Shown: in pieces, positions 37,820 through 47,113 of the stretch | How the letters are laid out: every line of letters begins with the position of its first letter | How positions within the stretch are numbered: position 1 is the stretch's first letter | Origin: Chthonomonadales bacterium | GTDB taxonomy: Bacteria > Armatimonadota > Chthonomonadetes > Chthonomonadales > CAJBBX01 | Reading direction: 5' to 3' | Length of the DNA: 64,000 nucleotides | NCBI GenBank assembly: GCA_049967475.1 | Contig: JBMFSQ010000006.1 | Span: forward strand, 50,430-114,429 | Program-made: the position numbers and the translations under genes | The notes under the pieces: model-generated | The model's input: the letters and a program-made list of their open reading frames with translations, nothing else | The model's database searches: none | Told to the model about the DNA's origin: nothing

Positions 37820-39540
37820 CCGCCATTGTGGGCGCCGGCGAGCACCCGGCCATCCGGCGCATGGTGGGTGTCCAAAAGCATCGCGGGCCCGATGCCGAGG
37901 GTGTGTGGAAAAGCCGGGACGGCCTCTGCTCTTTGGGACACTGCCGGCTTTCTGTGATTGACCTCTCCGACGCAGGCCGGCAGCCCATGCACAGCGCCGA
38001 CGGCCGTTACCACATCGTGTATAACGGCGAGGTCTACAACTACCTCGAACTCCGCCAAGAGCTGGAAAGCACGGTGTCCTTTCGCACCGCTACCGACACG
38101 GAAGTGCTCCTGGCCGCCTATGCGCAATGGGGACCGGCATGCCTGCAACGGCTGCTGGGGATGTTTGCCTTCGCTATCTGGGATGACCGCAACAAGACCT
38201 TCTTCGCTGCTCGGGACCGCTTCGGCGTGAAGCCCCTGTATGTGCACGAGGACACAGGTCTCGTTCTCTTTGCCAGTGAGATAAAGGCCCTCCATGCAGC
38301 GGGTGTACCGCGAGAGCCCGATGAGGCCACGTGGGCAACGTATCTGGCCCTGGGAATGTACGACCACACGGAAGCAACGTTCTGGAAGTTCATTCGGCAG
38401 GTGCCTCCCGGTCATTATGTAGAATGGACGCAGGCACAAGGTCTTCGGGTGCGGCGATGGTACGATGCAGCAGAGGCCGTTCTGAATGCGGGAGAGGACC
38501 AGAGGTCGGACGAGGCAGTGGCGGACGAGCTCTTGGCGCTGCTGGAAGACACGGTTCGCCTGCGGTTCCGTGCCGACGTTCCTGTGGGCGTGTGCCTCTC
38601 CGGCGGGCTGGACTCATCGCTTCTGCTGGGCCTCATTCGCCGGGTCATGGGGACGGACACTTCCGTGCATGCATTCACGTTCGCGACGGGGGATGCCCGA
38701 TATGATGAGGCGCCGTGGGTCCAGAAGATGCTGGCCAAGACGCTGCACCCATGGCATCTGTGCGTGCTTTGCCCCGACGAGGTTCCCGATCTCGCTTCGG
38801 AAGTTGCGCGCTTCCAGGATGAACCGTATGGCGGCTTGCCAACTCTGGGAATGGCGAAGGTGCACCAGCAGGCCCGCGAGTGCGGAGTGGTGGTGCTTCT
38901 GGACGGCAACGGCATGGACGAAGCCTGGGCGGGATACGAGTACTATGCACGCGCCGGAAGGGTAGATGCGGCATTGGGGCCGGTACAGGGTTCCCGCGGC
39001 CGAAGCGTGCTTCCGGATTGCCTCAATCCGGAGTTCCGGAAGTTGGCAAGGCCGTTTGTTCCCGATGCTCCTTTTGAGGACGCCCTTCGGAACCTTCAGT
39101 ACCGGGATTTGCGCCGCGCAAAGATACCCCGCGCGATGCGCTTTGCCGACCGTGTGAGCATGATGTTCAGCAGGGAACTCCGCGAACCATTTCTGGATCA
39201 CCGCATCGTCGAGCTCGGTCTCCGCCAAAAGGCAGACCGGAAGATGCGCAACGGGGTGGGGAAGTGGCTTCCTCGGCAGGTGGCGGGTACACTCCTTCCG
39301 CCCAGTGTACAGGAGGCTCCGAAGCGGCCGGTTCAGACACCACAGCGGGAATGGCTCGCCGGTCCCCTTGCCCGATGGGCGGGCGAACTGATCGAGGCGG
39401 CGCTCGCAGGCAGGGGGGCTCAATGGCTGGATGCCGAAGCGGTGCGGCGGCATTGGCTGGATTACCGCACGCATGGGGCAGACAACAGCTTTCCTATTTG
39501 GCAATGGATCTCCCTGGGTATGATGTGTGCGTCGCTATGA
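37807..39540 (+). CDS. asnB: Asparagine synthase-like glutamine amidotransferase (glycan amidation type)
   Basis: N-terminal MCGI, HRGPD, RLSVID, YNGEVYN, RDRFGVKP, LSGGLDSS and REPFLDHR. Confidence 0.93.
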   Translation: MCGIAAIVGAGEHPAIRRMVGVQKHRGPDAEGVWKSRDGLCSLGHCRLSVIDLSDAGRQPMHSADGRYHIVYNGEVYNYLELRQELESTVSFRTATDTEVLLAAYAQWGPACLQRLLGMFAFAIWDDRNKTFFAARDRFGVKPLYVHEDTGLVLFASEIKALHAAGVPREPDEATWATYLALGMYDHTEATFWKFIRQVPPGHYVEWTQAQGLRVRRWYDAAEAVLNAGEDQRSDEAVADELLALLEDTVRLRFRADVPVGVCLSGGLDSSLLLGLIRRVMGTDTSVHAFTFATGDARYDEAPWVQKMLAKTLHPWHLCVLCPDEVPDLASEVARFQDEPYGGLPTLGMAKVHQQARECGVVVLLDGNGMDEAWAGYEYYARAGRVDAALGPVQGSRGRSVLPDCLNPEFRKLARPFVPDAPFEDALRNLQYRDLRRAKIPRAMRFADRVSMMFSRELREPFLDHRIVELGLRQKADRKMRNGVGKWLPRQVAGTLLPPSVQEAPKRPVQTPQREWLAGPLARWAGELIEAALAGRGAQWLDAEAVRRHWLDYRTHGADNSFPIWQWISLGMMCASL

Positions 39541-40187
39541 GTGCGGGTCGTGACATAACCGCGGCGGCGGGTAGCCTCCACAAACGCTTTTCGGGGTATA
39601 TCGGCGGTGAACACATTGCCAGCTTGCATGCACTCCACGGGCTCATGTGGTGGGTTCTCCGCCGCCGCCCGAGCACGATATTGGAAGTGGGCGCAGGCAT
39701 CGGAACCCTCACCTCGGGGCTGCTATGGTCTGTTGAACGGATAGCGGCGGCGGGTGCAGCCAGGCCCATATTGATTTCGACCGAAGACAATGCCTTCTGC
39801 GTACAGCAGATTGCCAAGAACCTTGCCGATCAACTGGAGCGCTTCCACCTCATATCGGATATGGACGCGTTTCCTCAAGGGGTCGCTTCCGTAGAGTTTG
39901 TAGTGATTGACGGCGGCGTGCTGGATGAGAGGTATTTCACCCGATTGGCCCCGCGAGGCGTAGTCTTCTTTGAGGGCTTTCGCGAAAAGCAGCGCAAGCT
40001 TCTCGAAAGCACGGTCAAAGGTCGTTCCTGGGTGCAGGCCAATTTCCGTTCGCGGGATCGCCGGGAGGGGTATTGGATCTATCAGTTGGAGCCGACATTT
40101 TGGGAGCGTATCTGGTTCGGCGCACGGAACCTGGGAGATCGCATCCGCCTTCGCGTGAAGCTCCTTCTGGGCAATCGAAGCAAGTGA
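39537..40187 (+). CDS. Putative SAM-dependent methyltransferase
   Basis: ILEVGAGIGT motif I and FVVIDG. Overlaps the asnB stop (ATGA). Confidence 0.6.
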   Translation: MSAGRDITAAAGSLHKRFSGYIGGEHIASLHALHGLMWWVLRRRPSTILEVGAGIGTLTSGLLWSVERIAAAGAARPILISTEDNAFCVQQIAKNLADQLERFHLISDMDAFPQGVASVEFVVIDGGVLDERYFTRLAPRGVVFFEGFREKQRKLLESTVKGRSWVQANFRSRDRREGYWIYQLEPTFWERIWFGARNLGDRIRLRVKLLLGNRSK

Positions 40188-40411
40188 CGCTATGGGCGCA
40201 GCCGAAAGCGTGGCGGGAGCGCGGTTGGGAAGCAACCAGTTAGGAACCGTTTGAGCGGGCGTGCCCACATTCCGCGCTGGGCAAAAGATGCAAGGGCCAG
40301 TGCAGAGCGTCCGGTGGGAACCCGTGCGCATCGCAGCGGGTCAGATTGATGAGTTATGACGGGAATGGCTCCGTCATCCAAGAAGTCTGCGACAGGCCGA
40401 GTGCTCACAAT

Positions 40412-41740
40412 ATGAGCGAAGTCGCAATTTCCGCAGAGGGGATCTCAAAGCGGTACCGCATCGGCGCATGCCAGGAGCGTTACCGCACCCTTCGGGACAC
40501 GCTGGTAGACGGCGTGCTCGCGCCGTTCCGTGCTGTGGCTGCATTGGGCCGAGGGCGCCGAGGTGAGGGGGATGAGGACACCATCTGGTCCCTTCGCGAT
40601 GTGTCGTTCCAGGTAGAAGCTGGTGAGGTAGTAGGCATCATTGGGCGGAACGGCGCCGGTAAGAGCACGCTGCTGAAGATCCTATCCAGAATTACGGAGC
40701 CGACGGAAGGGCATGCCAGGATCCACGGCCGGGTGGGCAGCCTGCTGGAGGTGGGCACCGGTTTTCACTTGGAGCTCACGGGGCGAGAGAACATCTACCT
40801 CAATGGAGCCATCCTCGGCATGAAGCGCCGCGAGATCGAGCGCAAATTCGATGAGATCGTGGATTTTGCAGAGGTGGCCAGGTTCATAGACACGCCCGTC
40901 AAGCACTATTCTACCGGGATGCATCTGCGCCTTGCCTTCGCCGTGGCCGCACATCTGGAGCCGGATATCCTCCTTGTGGATGAAGTGCTGGCTGTGGGTG
41001 ACTTGGCCTTCCAAAGGAAATGTTTGGGAAAGATGGAGAATGTAGCCGCCCATGGGCGCACCGTGCTCTTCGTGAGCCACAACTTGGGAGCTGTAAAGGA
41101 GCTATGCCAAACCAGCATCGTGCTGGAACAGGGACGCATCGTCTTCCGCGGCGATGTAGTTGAAGGCATCGCCCGCTATACGCAGGGGCTCGCCGCTCCT
41201 GCTTCCAGCGCCGACGCGCAGGCTACAGGGTGGATGGGCGTGTCCGTGTCCAGTTCTTCGGATGGACCTATACCAGGAGGAGAACCCTTCCAGGCCGAGG
41301 CATACCTGGACGTTGCGGAGCCCCTGAATACTGCCACGCTCTACTGCATCGTGGACGACTCGAACGGAAACTGCGTGGCCCACCACTTCATCAGAGCCCA
41401 TGAAATGCTCGGTGGGCCTGTTACTCCCGGACGGTACCGTGTGGTGGCGCAATTTCCACCATTGTGGCTCGTTCCCGATGCATACACCGTGTCGTTCAAA
41501 CTTATCGGCATGAACGCGCTGGGTTTTTCAGTTCGGCACGTGTCCGAGCGAGCGATCTTGGATGTAACCGATCTCACCGGCCAAATGGACGGCAAGGTGC
41601 GGGCCAGGCTCATCCCGCCGCTCGAGTGGAAGGTAGCGCCCGTTTCTGCGGCTACGGAGATCGTGCCGGCACTCGTAATCAATGGTCAGCATTCCCGCCA
41701 AGGGCAGGAGCCACGAAAGGCAGGCAGCAGCAATGCGTGA
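40412..41740 (+). CDS. wzt: Polysaccharide ABC transporter ATP-binding subunit with C-terminal extension
   Basis: GRNGAGKSTLLK, signature YSTGM, Walker B LLVDEVLAVGD and VSH. C-terminal Wzt_C-like domain. Confidence 0.95.
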   Translation: MSEVAISAEGISKRYRIGACQERYRTLRDTLVDGVLAPFRAVAALGRGRRGEGDEDTIWSLRDVSFQVEAGEVVGIIGRNGAGKSTLLKILSRITEPTEGHARIHGRVGSLLEVGTGFHLELTGRENIYLNGAILGMKRREIERKFDEIVDFAEVARFIDTPVKHYSTGMHLRLAFAVAAHLEPDILLVDEVLAVGDLAFQRKCLGKMENVAAHGRTVLFVSHNLGAVKELCQTSIVLEQGRIVFRGDVVEGIARYTQGLAAPASSADAQATGWMGVSVSSSSDGPIPGGEPFQAEAYLDVAEPLNTATLYCIVDDSNGNCVAHHFIRAHEMLGGPVTPGRYRVVAQFPPLWLVPDAYTVSFKLIGMNALGFSVRHVSERAILDVTDLTGQMDGKVRARLIPPLEWKVAPVSAATEIVPALVINGQHSRQGQEPRKAGSSNA

Positions 41741-42941
41741 GTTGATACGCTGTTCGCGATGCGTAATCCCAGAGACGCACGAGACAATCGTCTTCGACGA
41801 AGAGGGCGTCTGCAACATCTGCAGGCAGCACGAATTCAAGCAGACTGCCATAGATTGGGCCGCCAAGAAGCGCGAGTTGGATGAGCTCATCGAAGCGTAT
41901 CGCGGCAAATACGAGTACGACTGCATCGTGCCGTTCAGCGGCGGTAAAGACAGCACGTGGACACTCTACTACTTGGTGAAGGAGTATCGAGTAAAGCCCC
42001 TGGTTGTGCGCTTCGACCATGGTTTTCTACGCCCCAACGTACAAGAGAACACGCAACGCGTACTGCGCACGCTCGGCGTGGACTTCCACCACTTCACGCC
42101 GAACTGGAAGGTTGTTCAGAAGTTGATGCTGCAGTCCTTTCTAGAGAAAGGAGACTTCTGCTGGCACTGCCACACAGGCATCTTCGCTTATCCCATGTGG
42201 GTGGCCATCCGGTACAACGTACCGTTGGTGTTCTGGGGCGAACCATCGGCGGAATACAGCGCATACTACAGCTATGATCAGCCGGAAGAGGTGGACGAGA
42301 AGCGTTTCAATCGGTATGTGAACCTGGGCATCACCGCTCAAGACATGTTCGTGAGGCTGGAAGGGAGCGTGGATGAAAGGGACCTGAAGCCATTCACCTA
42401 TCCGCCCCTAAAGGAGTTGAGGCGCATCAATTACCGATCCGTGTGCCTCGGATCGTATATTCCGTGGGATGTGAAGAAGCAGGCCAAGATCATCGAGGAT
42501 GAGTTGGGGTGGCGCGGCGATGAGGTGGAGAATGTTCCGCCCGGTTATGAGTACGAAAAGATCGAGTGCTATCTTCAAGGGGTCCGGGACTATATCAAGT
42601 ATATCAAGCGCGGATATACACGGCCTGCACACCTGGCGTCCTTGGACATCAGGAACCATCGTCTAACACGCGACGAGGCAATGGAGATTGTGCGCCGATA
42701 TGAAGGGAAGCGGCCGCCGAGTTTGGACCTCTTCCTGCAGTATGTAGGGCTTACAGAGGAGGAGTTCCTGCAGATTGCCATGGGACACGGCGTGTCGCCC
42801 TATCGGCATGATCCTGCCTCCACAGAACCGGGGCAGAAGGTGCATGATTATGACCAATGGCCGCGCCACGGTTTTATGCCCAGGGAACAGGCAGAAGAAC
42901 AATTGCGGCGATGGAAGCGGCGCACGCAAGGCAAGGTGTGA
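41733..42941 (+). CDS. N-acetyl sugar amidotransferase (WbuX/PseA/WbpG-like)
   Basis: N-terminal CSRC...CNIC, PP-loop YDCIVPFSGGKDS, CWHCH, WGE and DIRNHRLTRDEA. Confidence 0.9.
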   Translation: MRELIRCSRCVIPETHETIVFDEEGVCNICRQHEFKQTAIDWAAKKRELDELIEAYRGKYEYDCIVPFSGGKDSTWTLYYLVKEYRVKPLVVRFDHGFLRPNVQENTQRVLRTLGVDFHHFTPNWKVVQKLMLQSFLEKGDFCWHCHTGIFAYPMWVAIRYNVPLVFWGEPSAEYSAYYSYDQPEEVDEKRFNRYVNLGITAQDMFVRLEGSVDERDLKPFTYPPLKELRRINYRSVCLGSYIPWDVKKQAKIIEDELGWRGDEVENVPPGYEYEKIECYLQGVRDYIKYIKRGYTRPAHLASLDIRNHRLTRDEAMEIVRRYEGKRPPSLDLFLQYVGLTEEEFLQIAMGHGVSPYRHDPASTEPGQKVHDYDQWPRHGFMPREQAEEQLRRWKRRTQGKV

Positions 42942-43011
42942 AGCATCCGCGTCGGGCGCCGCTCCTGCATAACCCGGAGTGCCTCGCCCGCCCCGCGGCC
43001 TAAGAAGAGCC

Positions 43012-43635
43012 ATGGCCCAGAAGGTGGTTATTGTGGACTACGGCATGGGAAACCTTCTTTCGGTCTTCCATGCCTTCGAGATGGTGGGTGCGGAGGCGGT
43101 CGTAACGCGCGACGCACACGAGATTCTCAGCGCCGATCGCGTGGTCCTTCCCGGTGTGGGAGCGTTCGGTGATTGCATGACGAACCTCCGGCGCTTCGGT
43201 TTGATAGAGGTTCTGAATAAAGTGCGCGAGAGCGGGCGGCCGGTGCTGGGCATCTGTTTGGGCATGCAGGCCATGGCAGCGTGGAGTGACGAGGGAGGCC
43301 GCCATGAAGGTCTCGGATGGTTCGATGCCGGCGTTGTTCGCTTGACGCCTTCCGATACCGCCTACAGGGTCCCGCACGTTGGATGGAACGACATTCGGTG
43401 GCGCCGCGAAAGCCCCCTTTTTGCCGGTTTGCCTGACAACCCCGATTTCTATTTCGTGCACTCCTATGCCGTGCGCTGCGCTTCCCCTGGCGATGTGGAA
43501 GCCGAGTGCGACTACGGCGGTATCTTCACAGCCGCAGTTCGTAAAGAGAACCTATTCGCCACCCAGTTCCACCCGGAGAAGAGCCAGGACTACGGCCTTC
43601 AACTCCTTGCCAATTTCCTGGACTGGAAGCCGTAG
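43012..43635 (+). CDS. hisH: HisH-like glutamine amidotransferase (glycan-locus paralog)
   Basis: DYGMGNL, LPGVGAF, GICLGMQ, PHVGWN, YFVHSY and QFHPEKS. Confidence 0.92.
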   Translation: MAQKVVIVDYGMGNLLSVFHAFEMVGAEAVVTRDAHEILSADRVVLPGVGAFGDCMTNLRRFGLIEVLNKVRESGRPVLGICLGMQAMAAWSDEGGRHEGLGWFDAGVVRLTPSDTAYRVPHVGWNDIRWRRESPLFAGLPDNPDFYFVHSYAVRCASPGDVEAECDYGGIFTAAVRKENLFATQFHPEKSQDYGLQLLANFLDWKP

Positions 43636-43652
43636 TCCGGCCGGTTGCTGGA

Positions 43653-44441
43653 ATGTTGAAAAGGCGGCTGATCCCAAAGCTCCAAATGAAGGAAGGGCAA
43701 TTCGGGGACCGGAGGCGCATGGTTCTGGTAACGACCATCCAGTTCGACGGCGTTGTAGAGATTGGCGATCCGGTGTCTCAGGCGAAGATCTACCAGGCGC
43801 AGGCAGTAGATGAGCTGATCTTTCTGGATCTGGATGCATCCCTGGAAAGCAGACCTGCGCTGACCGATGTGGTTCGACGTGCCGCCGAAGAGATCTTCAT
43901 GCCCTTTACCGTGGGGGGCGGCGTACGCACGTGTGAGGATTTTCGCCGTCTCCTTGCCAGCGGCGCCGACAAGGTGAGCATCAACACGGCCGCCGTGGAG
44001 AACCCCAGTCTGATCCGGGAAGCAGCAGACACGTTCGGTTCCCAATGCGTGGTGCTCAGCATTGACTACCGCACCCTGGCCGACGGCACGCGGCGTGTCT
44101 ATATACGGGGCGGAACCGAGCCTACCGATTTGGATCCTGTAGAGTGGGCCGTCCAGGGTGAGCGTATGGGTGCTGGAGAGATCCTCCTTACTTCCATGGA
44201 CCGCGATGGTACGGGGGCAGGGTTGGATATCGCCTGCATTCGTGAAGTTACCCGCGCGGTGGGGATCCCTGTGATCGCAGCAGGCGGATGTGGGCTGGCC
44301 TCGCATTTTGTAGAGGGCTTCCTTGAAGGAGGTGCCGACGCCGTGGCAGCCGGCACGTTCTTCTGCTTCCGCGATCAGAACCCCATGCAGACGCGATCCC
44401 ACATCCGCAATGCGGGCATCCCCATCCGGCTGCATACCTGA
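43653..44441 (+). CDS. hisF: HisF-like cyclase subunit (glycan-locus paralog)
   Basis: KRRLIPKL, GDPV, DELIFLD, PFTVGGG, ADKVSINT, GAGEILLTSMDRDGT and AAGG. Confidence 0.9.
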   Translation: MLKRRLIPKLQMKEGQFGDRRRMVLVTTIQFDGVVEIGDPVSQAKIYQAQAVDELIFLDLDASLESRPALTDVVRRAAEEIFMPFTVGGGVRTCEDFRRLLASGADKVSINTAAVENPSLIREAADTFGSQCVVLSIDYRTLADGTRRVYIRGGTEPTDLDPVEWAVQGERMGAGEILLTSMDRDGTGAGLDIACIREVTRAVGIPVIAAGGCGLASHFVEGFLEGGADAVAAGTFFCFRDQNPMQTRSHIRNAGIPIRLHT

Positions 44442-44479
44442 TGCGGCCCCCCGCAAACCCCTGTGATTGGAGCATAGGC

Positions 44480-45544
44480 ATGAAGGTGCCGGCGATCCTA
44501 GAAACGACACTGCGCGACGGCAGCTACGTAATCAACTTCCAGTTCACAGCCAGCGACACCGAGGTCATTGCCGGCGAACTGGACCGACTGGGTTTTCCTT
44601 TCATCGAGGTAGGCCACGGCATCGGCCTTGGAGCGTCTGAAGCCGGCATGGGCCAGGCCGCCGAAACCGACGAGGGGTACATGCGGGCCGCGTCCAGGGC
44701 GGTAAAGCACGCCCGTTGGGGCATGTTCTGCATCCCCGGTGTGGCCAAACTTTGGCACATTGATATGGCGGCGGATTACGGCATGGGTTTCGTACGGGTA
44801 GGCACGAATGTTACGGCAGTAGAGAGCTCTCGCGCGTTTATCGAGCGGGCAAAGAAGCATGGGCTCTTCGTGTCGGCCAACTTTATGAAATCGTACGCTA
44901 TGGAGCCCCGGGAATTCGCCCAGATGGCAAAGCTAACCCGGGAATACGGCTCCGATGTCCTATGCGTTGTGGACTCCGCCGGCGGTATGATGACCAACGA
45001 CGTCGAGGCCTATTTCGAAGCTGTGCGGGAAGTTACGGATATCCCCTTGGGCTTCCACGGTCACAACAACTTGGAACTGGCGGTTGCCAACACGCTGCGG
45101 GCGGTTGAGCTGGGCGCTTCTATCGTAGACACGTCGCTGCAAGGGCTCGGCCGGAGTGCGGGCAACACACCCACCGAGATCTTCCTGATGGCTCTCCAGC
45201 GAAAGGGAGTGCCTGTGGATATTGATCCCCTTGCCGTGATGGATGTGGGCGAGACCTACGTAAAGCCGTTGATCCGTAGGCACGGATACGATTCCGTAGA
45301 CATCGTGTCGGGATATGCCCAGTTCCATTCCAGTTATATGGGCCTCATCCGTGAGTTCTCAGGCAAGTACCGTGTGGATCCCCGCCGCCTCATCATGGGG
45401 GTGTGCGCAGAAGATAAAGTGAACGCTCCACGGGACTTGGTGGAGCGCGTGGCCCAGAAGCTTGCCGAGGACACTGGCGAGGTCTACACCGCTCGCTTTG
45501 GTCTGGACCGATACTTCGGTGCCGAGCAGGATAATCAATCTTAG
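44480..45544 (+). CDS. 4-hydroxy-2-oxovalerate aldolase-like enzyme (DRE-TIM metallolyase)
   Basis: ETTLRDG, EVGHGIGLG, VDSAG, GFHGHNNL, GLGRSAGN, and a C-terminal DmpG communication-like region (GYAQFHSS). Confidence 0.85.
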   Translation: MKVPAILETTLRDGSYVINFQFTASDTEVIAGELDRLGFPFIEVGHGIGLGASEAGMGQAAETDEGYMRAASRAVKHARWGMFCIPGVAKLWHIDMAADYGMGFVRVGTNVTAVESSRAFIERAKKHGLFVSANFMKSYAMEPREFAQMAKLTREYGSDVLCVVDSAGGMMTNDVEAYFEAVREVTDIPLGFHGHNNLELAVANTLRAVELGASIVDTSLQGLGRSAGNTPTEIFLMALQRKGVPVDIDPLAVMDVGETYVKPLIRRHGYDSVDIVSGYAQFHSSYMGLIREFSGKYRVDPRRLIMGVCAEDKVNAPRDLVERVAQKLAEDTGEVYTARFGLDRYFGAEQDNQS

Positions 45545-45586
45545 TTGGGTTTGCGGGCCCGGGGCCAAAGGGTGCGGGAAGTGATT

Positions 45587-47113
45587 ATGGGAAGCCGGCG
45601 GGATAACTGGATTATTGAGCCCTTCGCCAGGTATGCAGACCGGCTTTTCCTGGTGGATGCCCTTCAAGGAAGGGCATTGACATACGGGCAGGCTGGAACG
45701 GCGGCTGCGGGAATTGCTCGCATGCTTGAGGCGCGCGGTGTGGCGCCTGGGGACCGCGTAGGGCTTTTGTTGGAGAACTCGCTCGAATTTGCCCTGTTCT
45801 ACTTCGGTTGCCTCCTATGTGGTGCAACGGCTACGCCCGTCAATACGGCCCTGCACCCGCGGGAGATCGAGTTCCTTGCGACACATGCGCGGCTCAAAGT
45901 GCTGGTGTACTCCCCCCGCACGGCATCCTTGGTGCCCCACACTCTTGTCGAGGCGGCGATGCTTCCTCTTTGGGAAATTCATCCCGCTGGGGAAGGCGTT
46001 GGAACCTTCCTGGATGCAGCTCTGGGAGCCGGGAGTGACCCGTTCCTTTGGGAACCGCATGAGGAAAACCTCTTGACGATCACGTTCACTTCGGGAACCA
46101 CCGGATTGCCGAAGGGAGTTGTGCACAGGGCGGGGGCCCTCCTCCGGAACGCGGCCGCATTCAACGAGATGATGGGCTTTGGCCCAGACCGGCGCTTTCT
46201 TCATGTGATGCCTATGGCGTACATGGCAGGCATTCTCAACACGTTGTTTTTGCCCTACATGGCGGGAGCTTCCGTGGTCCTAGCGGCTCGCTTCGACGCG
46301 GCGTCGGTGCTGCATTTCTGGCGGCCGGTAGTCCAGCATCATGCAGACACCTTCTGGCTGGCGCCCACCATGTGCGCGGCCCTCGTGCGTGGTGACCGTG
46401 ACCGCAAGGGCGCGGAATGGTGCCGGGAGCATGTTCGAACGATATGCGTGGGCACGGCTCCCCTTCCTCGTCGTGTGGCATCCGATTGGAAGAATAAGTA
46501 CGGCGTGGAATTGCTGGAGAGTTACGGGCTTTCCGAACTTCTTTTGGTGTCGGGCAACTGCGAGAGCTTTGATCGGCGGGAAGGCTCCGTGGGCCGCCTC
46601 GTGCCGGGGGTCGCGGTGGAATTTGGAGGCGACGGCGAGATCCTGGTCCGCACTCCGTACCTTATGGAGGGATACCTGGATTACGACACCGGAAAGCCCA
46701 ATCGCTGCCTCCCCGGGTCTCGTTTTGCGACAGGTGATCTCGGCGAGCTTGATGAAGCGGGTAACCTATATATAACAGGACGCAAAAAGGACCTCATCAT
46801 CCGGGGCGGCGTGAACATAAGCCCGCGGTCCGTGGAAGAGGCGCTGCTGGATCATCCGGCGGTAGTAGAGTGTGCCGTGCTTGGACTTCCCCACGATTTT
46901 TACGGTGAAGAGATCGCTGCCGCCGTCAAGCTTCGGCAGGCAGGGGGGCTGCAAGACGTGCGGCAGGATCTGGAGGCATGGTGTCGGCAGCGCCTAGCGG
47001 CGGCCGCTATTCCTACGCGATGGGTTGAAGTGCTGGAGTTCCCTGTGAGCACGAACGGCAAGATCCAGAAGGCGGTCCTCCGCGAACGGTTGACGGCTGG
47101 GAAACGGGCATGA
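45587..47113 (+). CDS. AMP-dependent acyl-CoA/acyl-ACP ligase
   Basis: FTSGTTGLPKG, YGLSE, TGDLG, GRKKDLIIRGG and NGKIQK. Confidence 0.92.
   Translation: MGSRRDNWIIEPFARYADRLFLVDALQGRALTYGQAGTAAAGIARMLEARGVAPGDRVGLLLENSLEFALFYFGCLLCGATATPVNTALHPREIEFLATHARLKVLVYSPRTASLVPHTLVEAAMLPLWEIHPAGEGVGTFLDAALGAGSDPFLWEPHEENLLTITFTSGTTGLPKGVVHRAGALLRNAAAFNEMMGFGPDRRFLHVMPMAYMAGILNTLFLPYMAGASVVLAARFDAASVLHFWRPVVQHHADTFWLAPTMCAALVRGDRDRKGAEWCREHVRTICVGTAPLPRRVASDWKNKYGVELLESYGLSELLLVSGNCESFDRREGSVGRLVPGVAVEFGGDGEILVRTPYLMEGYLDYDTGKPNRCLPGSRFATGDLGELDEAGNLYITGRKKDLIIRGGVNISPRSVEEALLDHPAVVECAVLGLPHDFYGEEIAAAVKLRQAGGLQDVRQDLEAWCRQRLAAAAIPTRWVEVLEFPVSTNGKIQKAVLRERLTAGKRA

Noticed and set aside
44480..45544. 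Aromatic meta-cleavage pathway (dmpG/mhpE)
   Set aside because: No acetaldehyde dehydrogenase, hydratase or ring-cleavage genes nearby, and the context is biosynthetic.
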